The notes beneath the pieces are model-generated. The model was not told where the DNA came from, searched no databases, and saw nothing but the letters and a program-made list of their open reading frames with translations. 64,000 bases of DNA from a virus. Lineage: Duplodnaviria > Heunggongvirae > Uroviricota > Caudoviricetes. This document shows, in pieces, positions 35,433-45,540 of the stretch. Every line of letters begins with the position of its first letter. The first letter of the stretch is position 1. The DNA lies in IMG/VR virus record IMGVR_UViG_3300029839_000128. One strand, 5' to 3'. The translations under genes and the position numbers were made by a program.

Positions 35433-38400
35433 AACTGATTTTTTGTTGACCCCAGGTAATCTGAAACTTTCCGTTTTCATCCTCTTCACGGCTCATTAAC
35501 AAAGACATAAGATCGTAATCCACGCCAAAACGATCATAAATTTCATCCAGATCTACATCTTGTCCCTTCATAAAGAGATTGAGACGTTCTTTAGATAGAA
35601 CCATCTGCATTTGGTTGGACTCAATACTTCCGCCATAAGTGACAAAATAAATGTCTTTCCAATCCACGGAGGTAAAGCGGATAAAGCGGTGATAAAACTG
35701 GCTCATGCGAGCGTTATTGAAATGCAGTTCTGGGATAATGATCTTGTTTACAAACTCGAAGTTGACACTGGATGGGAGACTTTGCTGGGTACAGAGCAAA
35801 ATACCATTGCCACTTGCTCGCAAAGTTTTTCGCAAAGCACGGCGCTTTGTAAGAGTGGTTGTAGACCCAGTAACGACGAAAAGAGAACGGTTAGGAAAAC
35901 GAGCGCGAATTTCTTCAGCGTATGACTCTACTACATTCTTGTGGCGGACGCCAATGACAACAATCTCCTCAGAGTTTTCCTCCAACATATCCATGACTTT
36001 GGCAATCTTTACTGGAGTGTCATTAGAATGATACTCTTCTACCGTATTAGGGGCGGCAGAAATACGGAGCAATAAGGTAATCTGCTGAATTAACGCCATC
36101 ATGCTATCCTTACGACTGTTTCCAGTTGAAGCAAAATAGCGACTACGCATGGTATAGAACTCCTCAATCGCCTGATTATAAACAGCATATTCAGCAGGGG
36201 AGAATTTAACGGGAACCTGATGAATGCGGCGAATATCTTTACCGGTAATCTCCTCAAAAGTGCGGGTGATCACAGAATAAGACAGGATTTTGCTAAGTAC
36301 ATCCGCATTATAAATATCCTGGGAGCGCTTGCCTACACCAAAGACAGTGATCTTCTCCGGCAGATGAGACTGCGAAAACAAAGTATAACCAGGCTTGTAA
36401 GCCGGGATAGGACTTCCATAATAAGGGTTGTTTGTAACTTCCAGATATCGCTCGCCCTCACTATCCTTATCATAGTGATACAGAGTTTCCGCCCAAGAGA
36501 TCATATTGTAAGAGTTATTATAAAGTAACTCAAGTTGGGGTGCAGCTTCCGAAATATTGTTGCGAGTAACCGTACCGGTCATCGCCAATTTGAATTTAAC
36601 GCGACGAAAACAGTCCAAAATAGCTTTGGTGCGTTTACTGTTGGGATTTGTCATCTCATCGCTTTCATCCAAAACCAAACATACATTTTGGTTACGGGAC
36701 TTAATATGACGCTTGATGTGCTTGCGATACTTTGTGAGCATATTCATAGTGATAATTACATACTCACCATCCTGTACCTGTTCCAGATCTTTCAGCCTCG
36801 TAACCATCCGGTAGGGCAGGGAGTAGTTACTAAGCACTTCATCCCAGTTGTTATTGATAGAAATAGCAGTAGACACCACCCAAGTGTTTCTGGCGTGCTG
36901 GTACCGCATACGGTACATACCAACGGCGATGCCGGCCAAAGTTTTGCCGCTGCCTTGTTCCCATTGGAGGAGATGATACTGCTTCTGAAGAATAAGATTG
37001 ATGTCGGATTTTTGCCTGTCGTTAAGATGAATTTCTTCCTCGTTCTCAAGATCGTACACCATGAACGCATCCAAAAACTGTGCAATTTTAGGGTCGGGAG
37101 ACATCTCTTCAAAAGGCATAGTCTCGATATGGTACTGCCGCTGTTTACGACGAATGACGCGAGCAAATTCACCAAGATTCTCAGGAATTTCACCCTCAGT
37201 GACAAGGCGGTGAATAGGGCCAGGATTCTCCAGCTTTTGAAGGACGGGTAACACCTTCCGGCTATACGCCTTAAAGACGATTTCGTGATCTCGCTTTACC
37301 ATTTTTACCACATCTGCGGTAGGTTTGGTATGCTGAGAGCGAACTGTGCGACGAAGATAAGCCAAGACCTTAGCTTCCGTAATGCGGATCTTCGCCCATT
37401 CTTTGTACTTCATATTCTCCGGCATGACCTGGTGCTCAAATCTGTAAAGATATTCCTGACACTTGGCATACTTATCCCGGATTTTCGGATTGCTCTTAAT
37501 CTGATAGAGCATCTTTTGGACTTGATAGTGAAAATCGCTGTCGTTCCCAGAATGAAGCGCAAGTTTTGCACGACTACGATCCCGTTGCATACGCTCTTTT
37601 GCGGGAGCCACTACGTTCTGACGAACAGTATTCAGGAGACTACCTGTGTTTTCCAGAGCAACCATAGAGAAGCAGTTGGCTTCCGTTAGATCGTAACGAT
37701 TTCCCTGATCTTCTGGATTTAGCTTTTTCTGCCAAAACATCAAGCTGGTAGGAAAATTTGAAACGCCCAGATATTTGAAGGCACCGGCAGGAATAGATAC
37801 CTGTCCCAAAAAAGAAAAATCTTTTTCCAGTTCAGAGATTTTTGCGTGATCCAAAAACTCATCCGCAAGGAATGAAGAAGGAACAACGATTGCCATAATC
37901 CCCAAGGGTTTAAGCAACTGCGCAGCTTTGACACAATAATACATCTGGGAAAGATATTCACCCTGGTCGGTGTCCCACTTCAGATTGAAAGGGGGATTGC
38001 CAACCACATAATCAAAGCGCATATTGGGATTATAATAGCGAATGTCACGATGTTCCAGATTGGCGGCTGGATAGAGATAGTGGGCAACTTTATGTGATTT
38101 GATGTCCAGTTCACATCCATAAAAGTTGGCCTCTATGGGCATGAAATTACAAAAGTTAGCAATGCCGCTTGTCAGATCGGCCACGGTCTCGTCCATACCA
38201 GGCTGCAACGCCTCCATGACAAACCGGCAAAGCGCAGGGGGTGTGAAGAACTGCCCATTTTCAATCTCTTTCTTGGCTTCTGAAAATTCGTGGTAGTTGT
38301 CAAAGTCAGAGCGGTTAAGTCCGTGTAAACCACCATCGCCAGTATAGGCATTGAAAATATCCTCGCAAGAGATCCCGGACTGAGCAGCCAAATCCTGATC

Positions 38401-38481
38401 CACCAAATAAAGAATCTTTTCGTTCAGCTCTTTGCGGGCTTCCTGGGGGATAGGCTGATTATGATATTGATACTTCATCAT
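35431..38481 (-). CDS. fused gamma-class N6-adenine DNA methyltransferase and SNF2/DEAD-box (SF2) helicase (1016 aa), DarB-like
   Basis: N-terminus GQFFTPP (motif X), DLTSGIANF (motif I), DYVVGNPPFN (motif IV NPPF). C-terminal helicase motifs QWEQGSGKTLAGI (I), LVLDESDEM (II), AMTGTV (III) plus a helicase-C region. Preceded by the phage promoter motif 38502-38531. Confidence 0.75.
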   Translation of the reverse strand: MMKYQYHNQPIPQEARKELNEKILYLVDQDLAAQSGISCEDIFNAYTGDGGLHGLNRSDFDNYHEFSEAKKEIENGQFFTPPALCRFVMEALQPGMDETVADLTSGIANFCNFMPIEANFYGCELDIKSHKVAHYLYPAANLEHRDIRYYNPNMRFDYVVGNPPFNLKWDTDQGEYLSQMYYCVKAAQLLKPLGIMAIVVPSSFLADEFLDHAKISELEKDFSFLGQVSIPAGAFKYLGVSNFPTSLMFWQKKLNPEDQGNRYDLTEANCFSMVALENTGSLLNTVRQNVVAPAKERMQRDRSRAKLALHSGNDSDFHYQVQKMLYQIKSNPKIRDKYAKCQEYLYRFEHQVMPENMKYKEWAKIRITEAKVLAYLRRTVRSQHTKPTADVVKMVKRDHEIVFKAYSRKVLPVLQKLENPGPIHRLVTEGEIPENLGEFARVIRRKQRQYHIETMPFEEMSPDPKIAQFLDAFMVYDLENEEEIHLNDRQKSDINLILQKQYHLLQWEQGSGKTLAGIAVGMYRMRYQHARNTWVVSTAISINNNWDEVLSNYSLPYRMVTRLKDLEQVQDGEYVIITMNMLTKYRKHIKRHIKSRNQNVCLVLDESDEMTNPNSKRTKAILDCFRRVKFKLAMTGTVTRNNISEAAPQLELLYNNSYNMISWAETLYHYDKDSEGERYLEVTNNPYYGSPIPAYKPGYTLFSQSHLPEKITVFGVGKRSQDIYNADVLSKILSYSVITRTFEEITGKDIRRIHQVPVKFSPAEYAVYNQAIEEFYTMRSRYFASTGNSRKDSMMALIQQITLLLRISAAPNTVEEYHSNDTPVKIAKVMDMLEENSEEIVVIGVRHKNVVESYAEEIRARFPNRSLFVVTGSTTTLTKRRALRKTLRASGNGILLCTQQSLPSSVNFEFVNKIIIPELHFNNARMSQFYHRFIRFTSVDWKDIYFVTYGGSIESNQMQMVLSKERLNLFMKGQDVDLDEIYDRFGVDYDLMSLLMSREEDENGKFQITWGQQKIS

Positions 38482-38501
38482 GTCACCTACTTTCTACTCC
38501 T

Positions 38502-38531
38502 ATTACAGACGATTATGACATACTGCTAACC
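38502..38531 (-). promoter_or_regulatory. phage promoter motif (variant CTGCTAACC) upstream of the MTase-helicase gene
   Basis: Plus strand tattacagacgattatgacatactgctaacc. Confidence 0.45.
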
Positions 38532-38580
38532 GTTCCAAAAAAAAATAGAGGGAGATTTTATCAGAGATCTCCCATAACTC

Positions 38581-38979
38581 TTAGTAGTCTTCCTTGCTGA
38601 GATTGCAATAATTGACACGCGCCGCCCATTCCGCATTTATAAACATGACCACAGCTTTGCCACTGTCATCCCGAATGAATGCGCACCGCGTTTTCAACTC
38701 AGGATTTTGCGGCGAAGTATAAATTAAACGATCCCCAAAAGAAAATCTATTAGTGGCAACGAGATCTGAGGAAGCCTCCGCTTCGGAATCGTCCGTGCAG
38801 AGCGCCAGAAAGTCGGGTTTAGATTTCTGCTTAATTTCATCCATAATAGGCTTCATCGCCAGCTCATGCGTCCAAACCGGACGCCCCATGATTTTCTCAA
38901 TGTACTCGTGCATATCTCCAAAGTTACACATGAGGAAACCAGTGTAAGCAGAAACAATTACTCGCTCTTGCTTAGTCAT
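38581..38979 (-). CDS. hypothetical protein (about 132 aa)
   Basis: Start MTKQERVIV at 38979 (track ORF is longer and low-complexity at its N-terminus). Confidence 0.45.
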   Translation of the reverse strand: MTKQERVIVSAYTGFLMCNFGDMHEYIEKIMGRPVWTHELAMKPIMDEIKQKSKPDFLALCTDDSEAEASSDLVATNRFSFGDRLIYTSPQNPELKTRCAFIRDDSGKAVVMFINAEWAARVNYCNLSKEDY

Positions 38980-38993
38980 CCTAACACCTCCGC

Positions 38994-39320
38994 TCAACAG
39001 TAAACAGGATCTTTTCCGCGCTCTTCGATTTCGCCACAGAAGCAATGTCCGCGATACTCCCAAATACTGTTCGGCCATTCGCCGCCGATCTTGGTAAAGG
39101 TGGCAAAAGTGGGACGAAGCTTCCCGGTGTCGGGATCTTCTCGGTGAGAATAAGGTTCTCCCATCTGAGAGCAGCGGGAGCAATAGCAGGCAGGCGGTAA
39201 GCAATCCATTGCGTTGTCCACAACCTCTTGATTTACATAGTCGCCGATCTTAGCGGTAGAGTAATCGAACTCTTCCGGGGTAAGTACGGGCTTATTATTG
39301 AACATCATTGGGAAATACAT
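38994..39320 (-). CDS. hypothetical Cys-rich protein (108 aa)
   Basis: ORF track. Confidence 0.45.
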   Translation of the reverse strand: MYFPMMFNNKPVLTPEEFDYSTAKIGDYVNQEVVDNAMDCLPPACYCSRCSQMGEPYSHREDPDTGKLRPTFATFTKIGGEWPNSIWEYRGHCFCGEIEERGKDPVYC

Positions 39321-39681
39321 CTCCTTCCTTAATACAAAGCGAGTGCTCCAGATCCAAATAAACTCCAGCTTTATCGCTGTATATTATGTAGGTTTCGTCC
39401 TTAGAAATCAGTTCGTCTTCGGAATGGCAAATATGGAGACGAGTTCCAGGTAAGGCGTCACTAATACTGGAATGATAGTATCCAGTAATCCGGGCGATAG
39501 CCTGCAGAAACTCACTGAGCGAGTGGACTTCGTTCAGATCATCCAAAATCTCCTGCCAAGTTTTTTCGCAGGTATCTTGCATACCCCAGAACTCCATCTC
39601 CCGTTTGTCTCCGTTGAACTCTTCGGAAACATAGTAGGTATTATTCTTCCGGTTATGAAAAATGATTTGTCGTCTGGTCAT
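39295..39681 (-). CDS. hypothetical protein (128 aa)
   Basis: ORF track. Overlapping stop/start with neighbours. Confidence 0.45.
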   Translation of the reverse strand: MTRRQIIFHNRKNNTYYVSEEFNGDKREMEFWGMQDTCEKTWQEILDDLNEVHSLSEFLQAIARITGYYHSSISDALPGTRLHICHSEDELISKDETYIIYSDKAGVYLDLEHSLCIKEGDVFPNDVQ

Positions 39682-40214
39682 TTGTGCCTCCTAAGCGGTA
39701 AGACAAGTGCAAAAGAGCAGCTGTCAGGATTATCCATCCAATTCTTGGGATAGATCAGTAGCGTGGAATTACGGGCATTGGGAATACGACCCAGATATGC
39801 CAGAGCACCAGTGCCAATGGCCTCCATAGCATCTACCACCAGGCGAGGATTAAAGTCTGTATCTTGTGCCGGCCCAATAGTAACGCGAGCAGTAGTGCCG
39901 TTCCGTTCTGCTTGACGCGCCAGCTTCTTCCAATCATCCAGCGGGAACTTTTCCTCAATCAAGGTATGATTCCCGTTATTGCGCTCGTTCATAATAACCC
40001 TACCCAAGCTATCAGCTTGGCTTGCATCTGCGAATCCCTCCGGCTTCTGATGGTAGTAAACAGCAACATAACCATCGGTTATGACATATCCATCTTCGAC
40101 CGGATGGACGCCTCCGAGAACAAAATTTCCATGATCCTTCACACCATTCTCGTTGTTGCGGGAAGTCTCACGGTTAATAATCCGCTGCAATGCCGCCTGC
40201 TGTTTCTTAGTCAT
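39678..40214 (-). CDS. hypothetical protein (178 aa)
   Basis: ORF track. Confidence 0.45.
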   Translation of the reverse strand: MTKKQQAALQRIINRETSRNNENGVKDHGNFVLGGVHPVEDGYVITDGYVAVYYHQKPEGFADASQADSLGRVIMNERNNGNHTLIEEKFPLDDWKKLARQAERNGTTARVTIGPAQDTDFNPRLVVDAMEAIGTGALAYLGRIPNARNSTLLIYPKNWMDNPDSCSFALVLPLRRHK

Positions 40215-41200
40215 GCTGCACTTCCTTTCAAATAACCATTGACGAACTCGTTGACTGCCGCTGCGCTGGCGAACTTAATATCCACACGCCCGTTTTTGAA
40301 GAGCTTTACGCTGCGCACCTTGTCCATCCAGGGAAACTCAAAGTAATTGGTTTCAATCTGCCAATTAAACATGGAAGGAAACGCCTTACATCCATATCCA
40401 AACTCACCACGATCGAAATGAGCAATGGCATCCAAAATGTGTCTGGTGCTTTCGGGAATCGACCATCTGGGTGTGCTCCATCCCGGATCAAAGTGACAGG
40501 CATATCGGGACAACTGCAGGACATCCTTCTTTACCTCAAAATCCTCAGCGTCCTTATCGCAACGCCAGTCGCGATGATGAGCGGCGTTGTAACACTTCTC
40601 TTTTAACTCTTTAAGAGCCTGTTCTGTAAAGGAAAACCCTCCCAGCTGGACGAAAATTTCGTCTATGATATCTTCATATCGAAGCGTGAGATTATAAATG
40701 GTGTCATGGTAGGATTTCAGTTCCGCTTCATAGGTCTCCTGGTAAATACGGTTAGCCTCTATCTGCTCCTTAGTCAGAGAATCCCAGCCCCAACGACTAT
40801 ACGGGGGCTTGTGTTCCGGTTGGCTGGGGATTAAGTGCTTCTGAATGTCGCTGCATTCCAGCTCCACATTGTAGGTGTGGGAGAAATAGGACACAATACG
40901 CTGAATTAAGGTCTTGTGGCGATCTACCAAGGCATTCGTCACATTGCGGACAGTCAGGTGATCGTGATCCATATAGGACTCATAAAACTCGGACTCTTTC
41001 TTACAAAGGAGCTGACGCTGTTCCTCAAGTGCTGCTTCCAACTCAACCATCACCTTGCGGAGAAACTCGCCGGCTTTTTCATAAGCTGTCTGGTTTTGTG
41101 TACAGAAGAGACGATCTGCCTCAGAGATGCGATTGTCTGCCTTAATCTCAACGGTAGCGAATTTATCAAGCAGGTTCATCCAAAATTCCCTCACTTTCAC
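40211..41200 (-). CDS. hypothetical protein (329 aa)
   Basis: ORF track. Confidence 0.5.
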   Translation of the reverse strand: MKVREFWMNLLDKFATVEIKADNRISEADRLFCTQNQTAYEKAGEFLRKVMVELEAALEEQRQLLCKKESEFYESYMDHDHLTVRNVTNALVDRHKTLIQRIVSYFSHTYNVELECSDIQKHLIPSQPEHKPPYSRWGWDSLTKEQIEANRIYQETYEAELKSYHDTIYNLTLRYEDIIDEIFVQLGGFSFTEQALKELKEKCYNAAHHRDWRCDKDAEDFEVKKDVLQLSRYACHFDPGWSTPRWSIPESTRHILDAIAHFDRGEFGYGCKAFPSMFNWQIETNYFEFPWMDKVRSVKLFKNGRVDIKFASAAAVNEFVNGYLKGSAA

Positions 41201-41885
41201 TTAACTCCAAAAGCTTTCCTACAGTCTCATCCATGGTTTTATCCAGATTGGCAGAGGAAACGGTCTGGAAAAGTTCATCCAAAATGCGAGGTGTATACTT
41301 GCGATTTTCCAAACCGTTCTCAAATCTGGCGAAGCTATCTTTCAAATTATTCAAACTGGAAATCACACCAGACTGGTTGATCAAGTTGAGCATAGTACAG
41401 ATGTCCTTGTATTGTCTTCGGCGCAAACGCATACTCTGTACGGCCTTGTACAGCTTATAGCCATCCACTACACCCACATTGGTAAATTCAATCTTATGCA
41501 ATAGGTCTTCCAGCGCTAAATCTGCGCTTCGCACTTGATTTGAGTAGTAGCATAATAGCACCCGCATGACGCGCCCGGTCTCGTAAAGGTTATTAACTAA
41601 ACCGGGCAGCGTTTCCAGATAGTTACTTGCCTGTTCCTCAGTAATCGTGGCTTCTGGGGATACCATAGGTTCAATCCCGCCTCCTACTGTGCAAGGTAAA
41701 ATTTCTACTTGGTCAATAGGAACAGAGGGTTTTACAGAATGAGCAAAATTGTTTGCCATATAGTTTTTCACGGCCTCTTCGTTATTGAACTTGCAGGCTC
41801 TTTTTAGCGTACCCCAAGTCCCAGTGCCGCTGCTTAGTTTTAAGAACTCCCCAGTGTCCTTACGCCGGACACAATACTTCATCAT
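41166..41885 (-). CDS. hypothetical protein (239 aa)
   Basis: ORF track. Confidence 0.45.
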   Translation of the reverse strand: MMKYCVRRKDTGEFLKLSSGTGTWGTLKRACKFNNEEAVKNYMANNFAHSVKPSVPIDQVEILPCTVGGGIEPMVSPEATITEEQASNYLETLPGLVNNLYETGRVMRVLLCYYSNQVRSADLALEDLLHKIEFTNVGVVDGYKLYKAVQSMRLRRRQYKDICTMLNLINQSGVISSLNNLKDSFARFENGLENRKYTPRILDELFQTVSSANLDKTMDETVGKLLELSESEGILDEPA

Positions 41886-42006
41886 GTACTACCCTCCTTA
41901 TAACGCTTGCGAACTACCATCTCAGCGTATTGATCAGCCTTGCGTCTTGCGCGTGCATCAATACACAGCTTGACTGCTATCAAGATAACACTGATGAATA
42001 TATCCA

Positions 42007-42846
42007 TCAGTTGATCACCTCCTGATGCGCCTCAATATACATTGCAAAATCAAACTCTGTTTTGCTAACTACATAGAAAAGTTCTCCGTCCGTCATACGG
42101 TGTTCAGTTTTAGGCTTGTTTCGCTCGCCAGTGCGTTTGTTCCATGAAACCACATTTTCTCGAAGCTGCGGAGTGTAACCCTTCTTTAAGAGAGCAATGA
42201 TAAACTCGCGCTTTGGCATTACCTTACCATCCACACGCACCAGGCTTTCCATACGCGCTTTAACCTTGCCAAATTTCATAGGTGTCATATCATCAGCCCA
42301 ACCCAGGTACTTGTCTTTCTCAGCCTGAAACTCAGCTTCCTGCTCAGCTTTCTTACGGGCTTCCTCAGCTTCATATTCTTGCTGGCGAACCGCTTCCTGC
42401 TCAGCTCTCCGGTGTAAATAATCCTCGCGATAAGTAGCACAGCGGTCGGCCAGGACAGGATTCCACTGGCGAACAAAACGGATCATGGCGTTGCCAACAA
42501 AATGCCCCTCATCCATAGCCTTTTCCAGATATTGCTCGAAGTTTTCCGGTGTATCCATTTTGAAGCGAACAATCTCTTCCAGCATCTTCTCTGGGGTATA
42601 CCGAGAAAGATTACGCATTTTGTACTGCCAAAGAAAGCCATCCTTTACATTGGGGAAGAATAGGAACAGACTGCTTTCATCTTCGCCCCATTCATTTTTA
42701 ACTTCACGCTCTTTGTAAAGCGGGCCAACGATATGCTGGACATCATAGAAATTGCGGACAGCGGTGCAGCCGTCTGCCTTGCTGTAAGAAATGGCGGAAC
42801 GACGCTCATACTCAGTAGTGAAATCAGCCAGCGTCATATTGATCAT
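42007..42846 (-). CDS. hypothetical protein (279 aa) with Glu/Ala-rich coiled-coil segment
   Basis: ORF track. Confidence 0.5.
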   Translation of the reverse strand: MINMTLADFTTEYERRSAISYSKADGCTAVRNFYDVQHIVGPLYKEREVKNEWGEDESSLFLFFPNVKDGFLWQYKMRNLSRYTPEKMLEEIVRFKMDTPENFEQYLEKAMDEGHFVGNAMIRFVRQWNPVLADRCATYREDYLHRRAEQEAVRQQEYEAEEARKKAEQEAEFQAEKDKYLGWADDMTPMKFGKVKARMESLVRVDGKVMPKREFIIALLKKGYTPQLRENVVSWNKRTGERNKPKTEHRMTDGELFYVVSKTEFDFAMYIEAHQEVIN

Positions 42847-42848
42847 GC

Positions 42849-43004
42849 TTAAACGCTCCTTTCTACCGTATAATCAATGTGGTGATCTGCCAGCCCAAGA
42901 AGAGCTTCGGCCAAAACATTATTCAGGCGAGAAGCGGTCTGTGCCTCGGTTTCTCCTTCGCGTGCAAGGATAGAAAGATTGATAGTAAAATTTAATATAT
43001 CCAT
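42849..43004 (-). CDS. small hypothetical protein (51 aa)
   Basis: ATG 43004 with AAGAGGAGGG RBS. Promoter motif 43035-43065 upstream. Track ORF 42849..43178 trimmed. Confidence 0.4.
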   Translation of the reverse strand: MDILNFTINLSILAREGETEAQTASRLNNVLAEALLGLADHHIDYTVERSV

Positions 43005-43034
43005 GATTCGCCCTCCTCTTAAACTCGTCATTAT

Positions 43035-43065
43035 ATTTACAGAAGAAATATCATTCTTGCTAACC
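43035..43065 (-). promoter_or_regulatory. phage promoter motif (TTAGCAAG...TGTAAAT)
   Basis: Plus strand atttacagaagaaatatcattcttgctaacc. Confidence 0.45.
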
Positions 43066-43074
43066 ATAAAAATA

Positions 43075-43101
43075 AAAAGCGCCCACATTGTGGGCGCTTT
43101 A
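43075..43101. terminator. intrinsic terminator hairpin
   Basis: AAAAAGCGCCCACATTGTGGGCGCTTT. Confidence 0.6.
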
Positions 43102-43125
43102 CATTTCGGGTCTGCCTGGTCTTCC

Positions 43126-43413
43126 TCAATCTTCCTCATCGATCTCATCCGAGTATCCAAGCTCAGTTCCGGTTTCAATGCGGTACAGAGTCTCCACAGC
43201 CTGCAACTGCTTCATATGATGGGGGAGCTGATCCTGAAGCATATTACGAACGTACTCTGCTTCATTCTGCTGACCAGCCAACTCTAACTTCTTTGTCAAA
43301 TCAGCGGCCTCTTTGCGCAACTTGATAATTTCAGACTGGATATGCTGTCCAGCCATTGCCAGGATCGCAGCATGAGTAATAATGGGTTCCAAATTTTTAA
43401 CTTTTGCCATCAT
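43126..43413 (-). CDS. hypothetical protein (95 aa)
   Basis: ORF track. Promoter motif 43452-43480 upstream. Confidence 0.45.
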   Translation of the reverse strand: MMAKVKNLEPIITHAAILAMAGQHIQSEIIKLRKEAADLTKKLELAGQQNEAEYVRNMLQDQLPHHMKQLQAVETLYRIETGTELGYSDEIDEED

Positions 43414-43492
43414 TGATTCCTCCTACCGTATAAATCATTTATCCTGTTTGTATTACAGGAAAACGCCAGCATCTGCTAACTTGAAAGAAAAA

Positions 43493-43870
43493 TTATCTCA
43501 AATCGGATTCGCTTTGTTTAATCAGCACATCAGTAAACCCGTTCATATACTGATAAACCCCATTTGATTTTTTCTTTACCTGAGTAAGCTGAAACATGGT
43601 ACAAATACGCTCAGAAAGTGTAGGATTATGAGTAGGATACTGATAAAAAAGCTGCCGCAATTCATATCCGGGACGAGTCGCCGTATTCATAAAATCATAT
43701 AGAGCTTCCAGAAGAATACTTTCAATCATCCGTTCGGAATACTTCTCCCACGGATAATCGCACTCCTTGCCAAGATAAATTTTTACGGCGTCCACCAGGG
43801 TATCAGCCATCGCCGCATAGCCGCAGTTCCCCTTGCAGGTCATTATGATATTACAGGTTCTTTGCTCCAT
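43493..43870 (-). CDS. hypothetical protein (125 aa)
   Basis: ORF track. GAAGGAGTG RBS. Confidence 0.45.
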   Translation of the reverse strand: MEQRTCNIIMTCKGNCGYAAMADTLVDAVKIYLGKECDYPWEKYSERMIESILLEALYDFMNTATRPGYELRQLFYQYPTHNPTLSERICTMFQLTQVKKKSNGVYQYMNGFTDVLIKQSESDLR

Positions 43871-43892
43871 ATAATCACTCCTTCAAAAAGAG

Positions 43893-43916
43893 TAGGGGCG
43901 GGAATGATCCCGCCCC
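43893..43916. terminator. intrinsic terminator hairpin (GGGGCGGGAATGATCCCGCCCC)
   Basis: Located after the stop of the DUF932 gene. Confidence 0.55.
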
Positions 43917-43923
43917 GTTCTGT

Positions 43924-44847
43924 TCAGCGCACCAGCAAGGAAGCCATCTTATCCATCATGGCGTGACCGTCCATGATACGCCCCCAGTTATTCTCCCGAT
44001 AGTTGGCCGTCTGCCGGCGAGGAGCATTGTGGGAAACCATATCACTCATAGCATTCAGAGCGCCCCAAGCGGTGCCTTTGAACTTGAGAATGTCGGGAGC
44101 GAAGTAGCAGATCATATACTCATCACGAACTGCCTTGACATTCCGCTTTTCGCGGTCGCTGGCATCCTCAGCAATAGGGAACATCTCTTCCAGAATGGCC
44201 TTGATCTTATCGTCGGTGACGGTAGTGTTTGCCATCTGGTCGGCGTAGACCGCCAGATGATCCATGTACTTGTTCGCCATATCCAGACACATCCGCGCCT
44301 CATGGAGCTTGGCCTGAATATCACCGGTGTGACGCACAGACCACGCACGCTTGGCAGTACCCAGCGCAAAATTCAGGGTGTTGTTACAGACCACACGGAT
44401 GGGGGTCATACAAACACGGATCGCCCCGCTGCCATCGTGGGTATTAGAGAAGCACAGGTAGGGTTCCGTCTTATCGCCGACAATCTCGGTATCCGGGAGT
44501 TTGGCAAGCAACCAGATCTTTTTGCCTCCGTTAAGACTTCCGGCGGTCTCGTAGTGAACCTCACCATCGATCAACGAATCAGTGAACGCGAACGCCTCCG
44601 CATTCTGGACGATCTTATAGCGGTCAGAAACGACGCCCAGCACAGCGCCGTCACTACTACGGACATTGGCCTTGAAATTCTGAATTTTTGCGCCGCCGCA
44701 GACCTGGATGTTTTTCTTATCCACCGTCCAGTCCAGACCAGCCAACCGCAAAGCATCAGCGCTGGTGGGAGCTTCCTCAACCATAGTGCCCAGCCCATGC
44801 CAGGGCTTCTCGCGCACATACATCATAGTTTCAACATTAGCTGCCAT
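43924..44847 (-). CDS. DUF932-like phage/plasmid-related protein
   Basis: 307 aa. Conserved block CFSNTHDGSGAIRV resembles the DUF932 (phage/plasmid-like) core. Promoter motif 44896-44926 upstream. Confidence 0.5.
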   Translation of the reverse strand: MAANVETMMYVREKPWHGLGTMVEEAPTSADALRLAGLDWTVDKKNIQVCGGAKIQNFKANVRSSDGAVLGVVSDRYKIVQNAEAFAFTDSLIDGEVHYETAGSLNGGKKIWLLAKLPDTEIVGDKTEPYLCFSNTHDGSGAIRVCMTPIRVVCNNTLNFALGTAKRAWSVRHTGDIQAKLHEARMCLDMANKYMDHLAVYADQMANTTVTDDKIKAILEEMFPIAEDASDREKRNVKAVRDEYMICYFAPDILKFKGTAWGALNAMSDMVSHNAPRRQTANYRENNWGRIMDGHAMMDKMASLLVR

Positions 44848-44895
44848 TGTATTGACCTCCTCAAAATTGTGTGGCAGGTGGTGCTGCCTATTCTT

Positions 44896-44926
44896 ATTTC
44901 AGAATAATTTAGTTATTTGCTAACTT
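44896..44926 (-). promoter_or_regulatory. phage promoter motif
   Basis: Plus strand atttcagaataatttagttatttgctaac. Confidence 0.45.
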
Positions 44927-44937
44927 GGATTTTGCTA

Positions 44938-45135
44938 TCAATCATAGATGAAATTATCACGACCGATATACTCACCACACTCGTAATCCTCATCGCAATA
45001 TCCAGAATACCAAGTGAGCGATCCATGCTTTTCCTCCAAGTCAACAAGTTTTCCCATACAGTCTTCTTCGCTGTTTCCACATACGATAACCTCTTCGCCA
45101 TCAGAAAACTGACCGACCATTTTCCAAGGACTCAT
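44938..45135 (-). CDS. small Cys-rich protein (65 aa)
   Basis: ATG 45135 with AGGAGGTG RBS. Promoter motif 45157-45187. Confidence 0.45.
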   Translation of the reverse strand: MSPWKMVGQFSDGEEVIVCGNSEEDCMGKLVDLEEKHGSLTWYSGYCDEDYECGEYIGRDNFIYD

Positions 45136-45192
45136 TTTCTCGCACCTCCTATTGCTCTCACAGATCAAAATGCAGTTTTGCTAACCGTTACT

Positions 45193-45540
45193 TTATTCTG
45201 TCCAGATTTTTTCCGTTGCGAACGAAACGCGGATATGATCGGCATCAGCAGAAATCACAACGCTATCCGCCATACCCATAATTTGTGCCAGCATTTCTGC
45301 CGATACCTTATCCAACGCGGCGGGACGACGAAGATCAACAAAAACCAACGAGTTCTGTTCGCACTTGTTGGGTTTAATCTCCTCAACGCTACGGACGCAA
45401 TCGCACACGCCCATGAAATCAATCAGCCCCTCTTTGATCTCCCGGTGTTGCTGGATTTTGACAAAGTTGGCGGTGCGGCCAACAAAGCTTTCATTATAGT
45501 CGTGCATCTCTGCAATCTGCTCAGGGGTATAATCTTTCAC
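45193..45540 (-). CDS. hypothetical protein (115 aa)
   Basis: ORF track. 4-nt overlap with the upstream gene. Confidence 0.45.
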   Translation of the reverse strand: MKDYTPEQIAEMHDYNESFVGRTANFVKIQQHREIKEGLIDFMGVCDCVRSVEEIKPNKCEQNSLVFVDLRRPAALDKVSAEMLAQIMGMADSVVISADADHIRVSFATEKIWTE

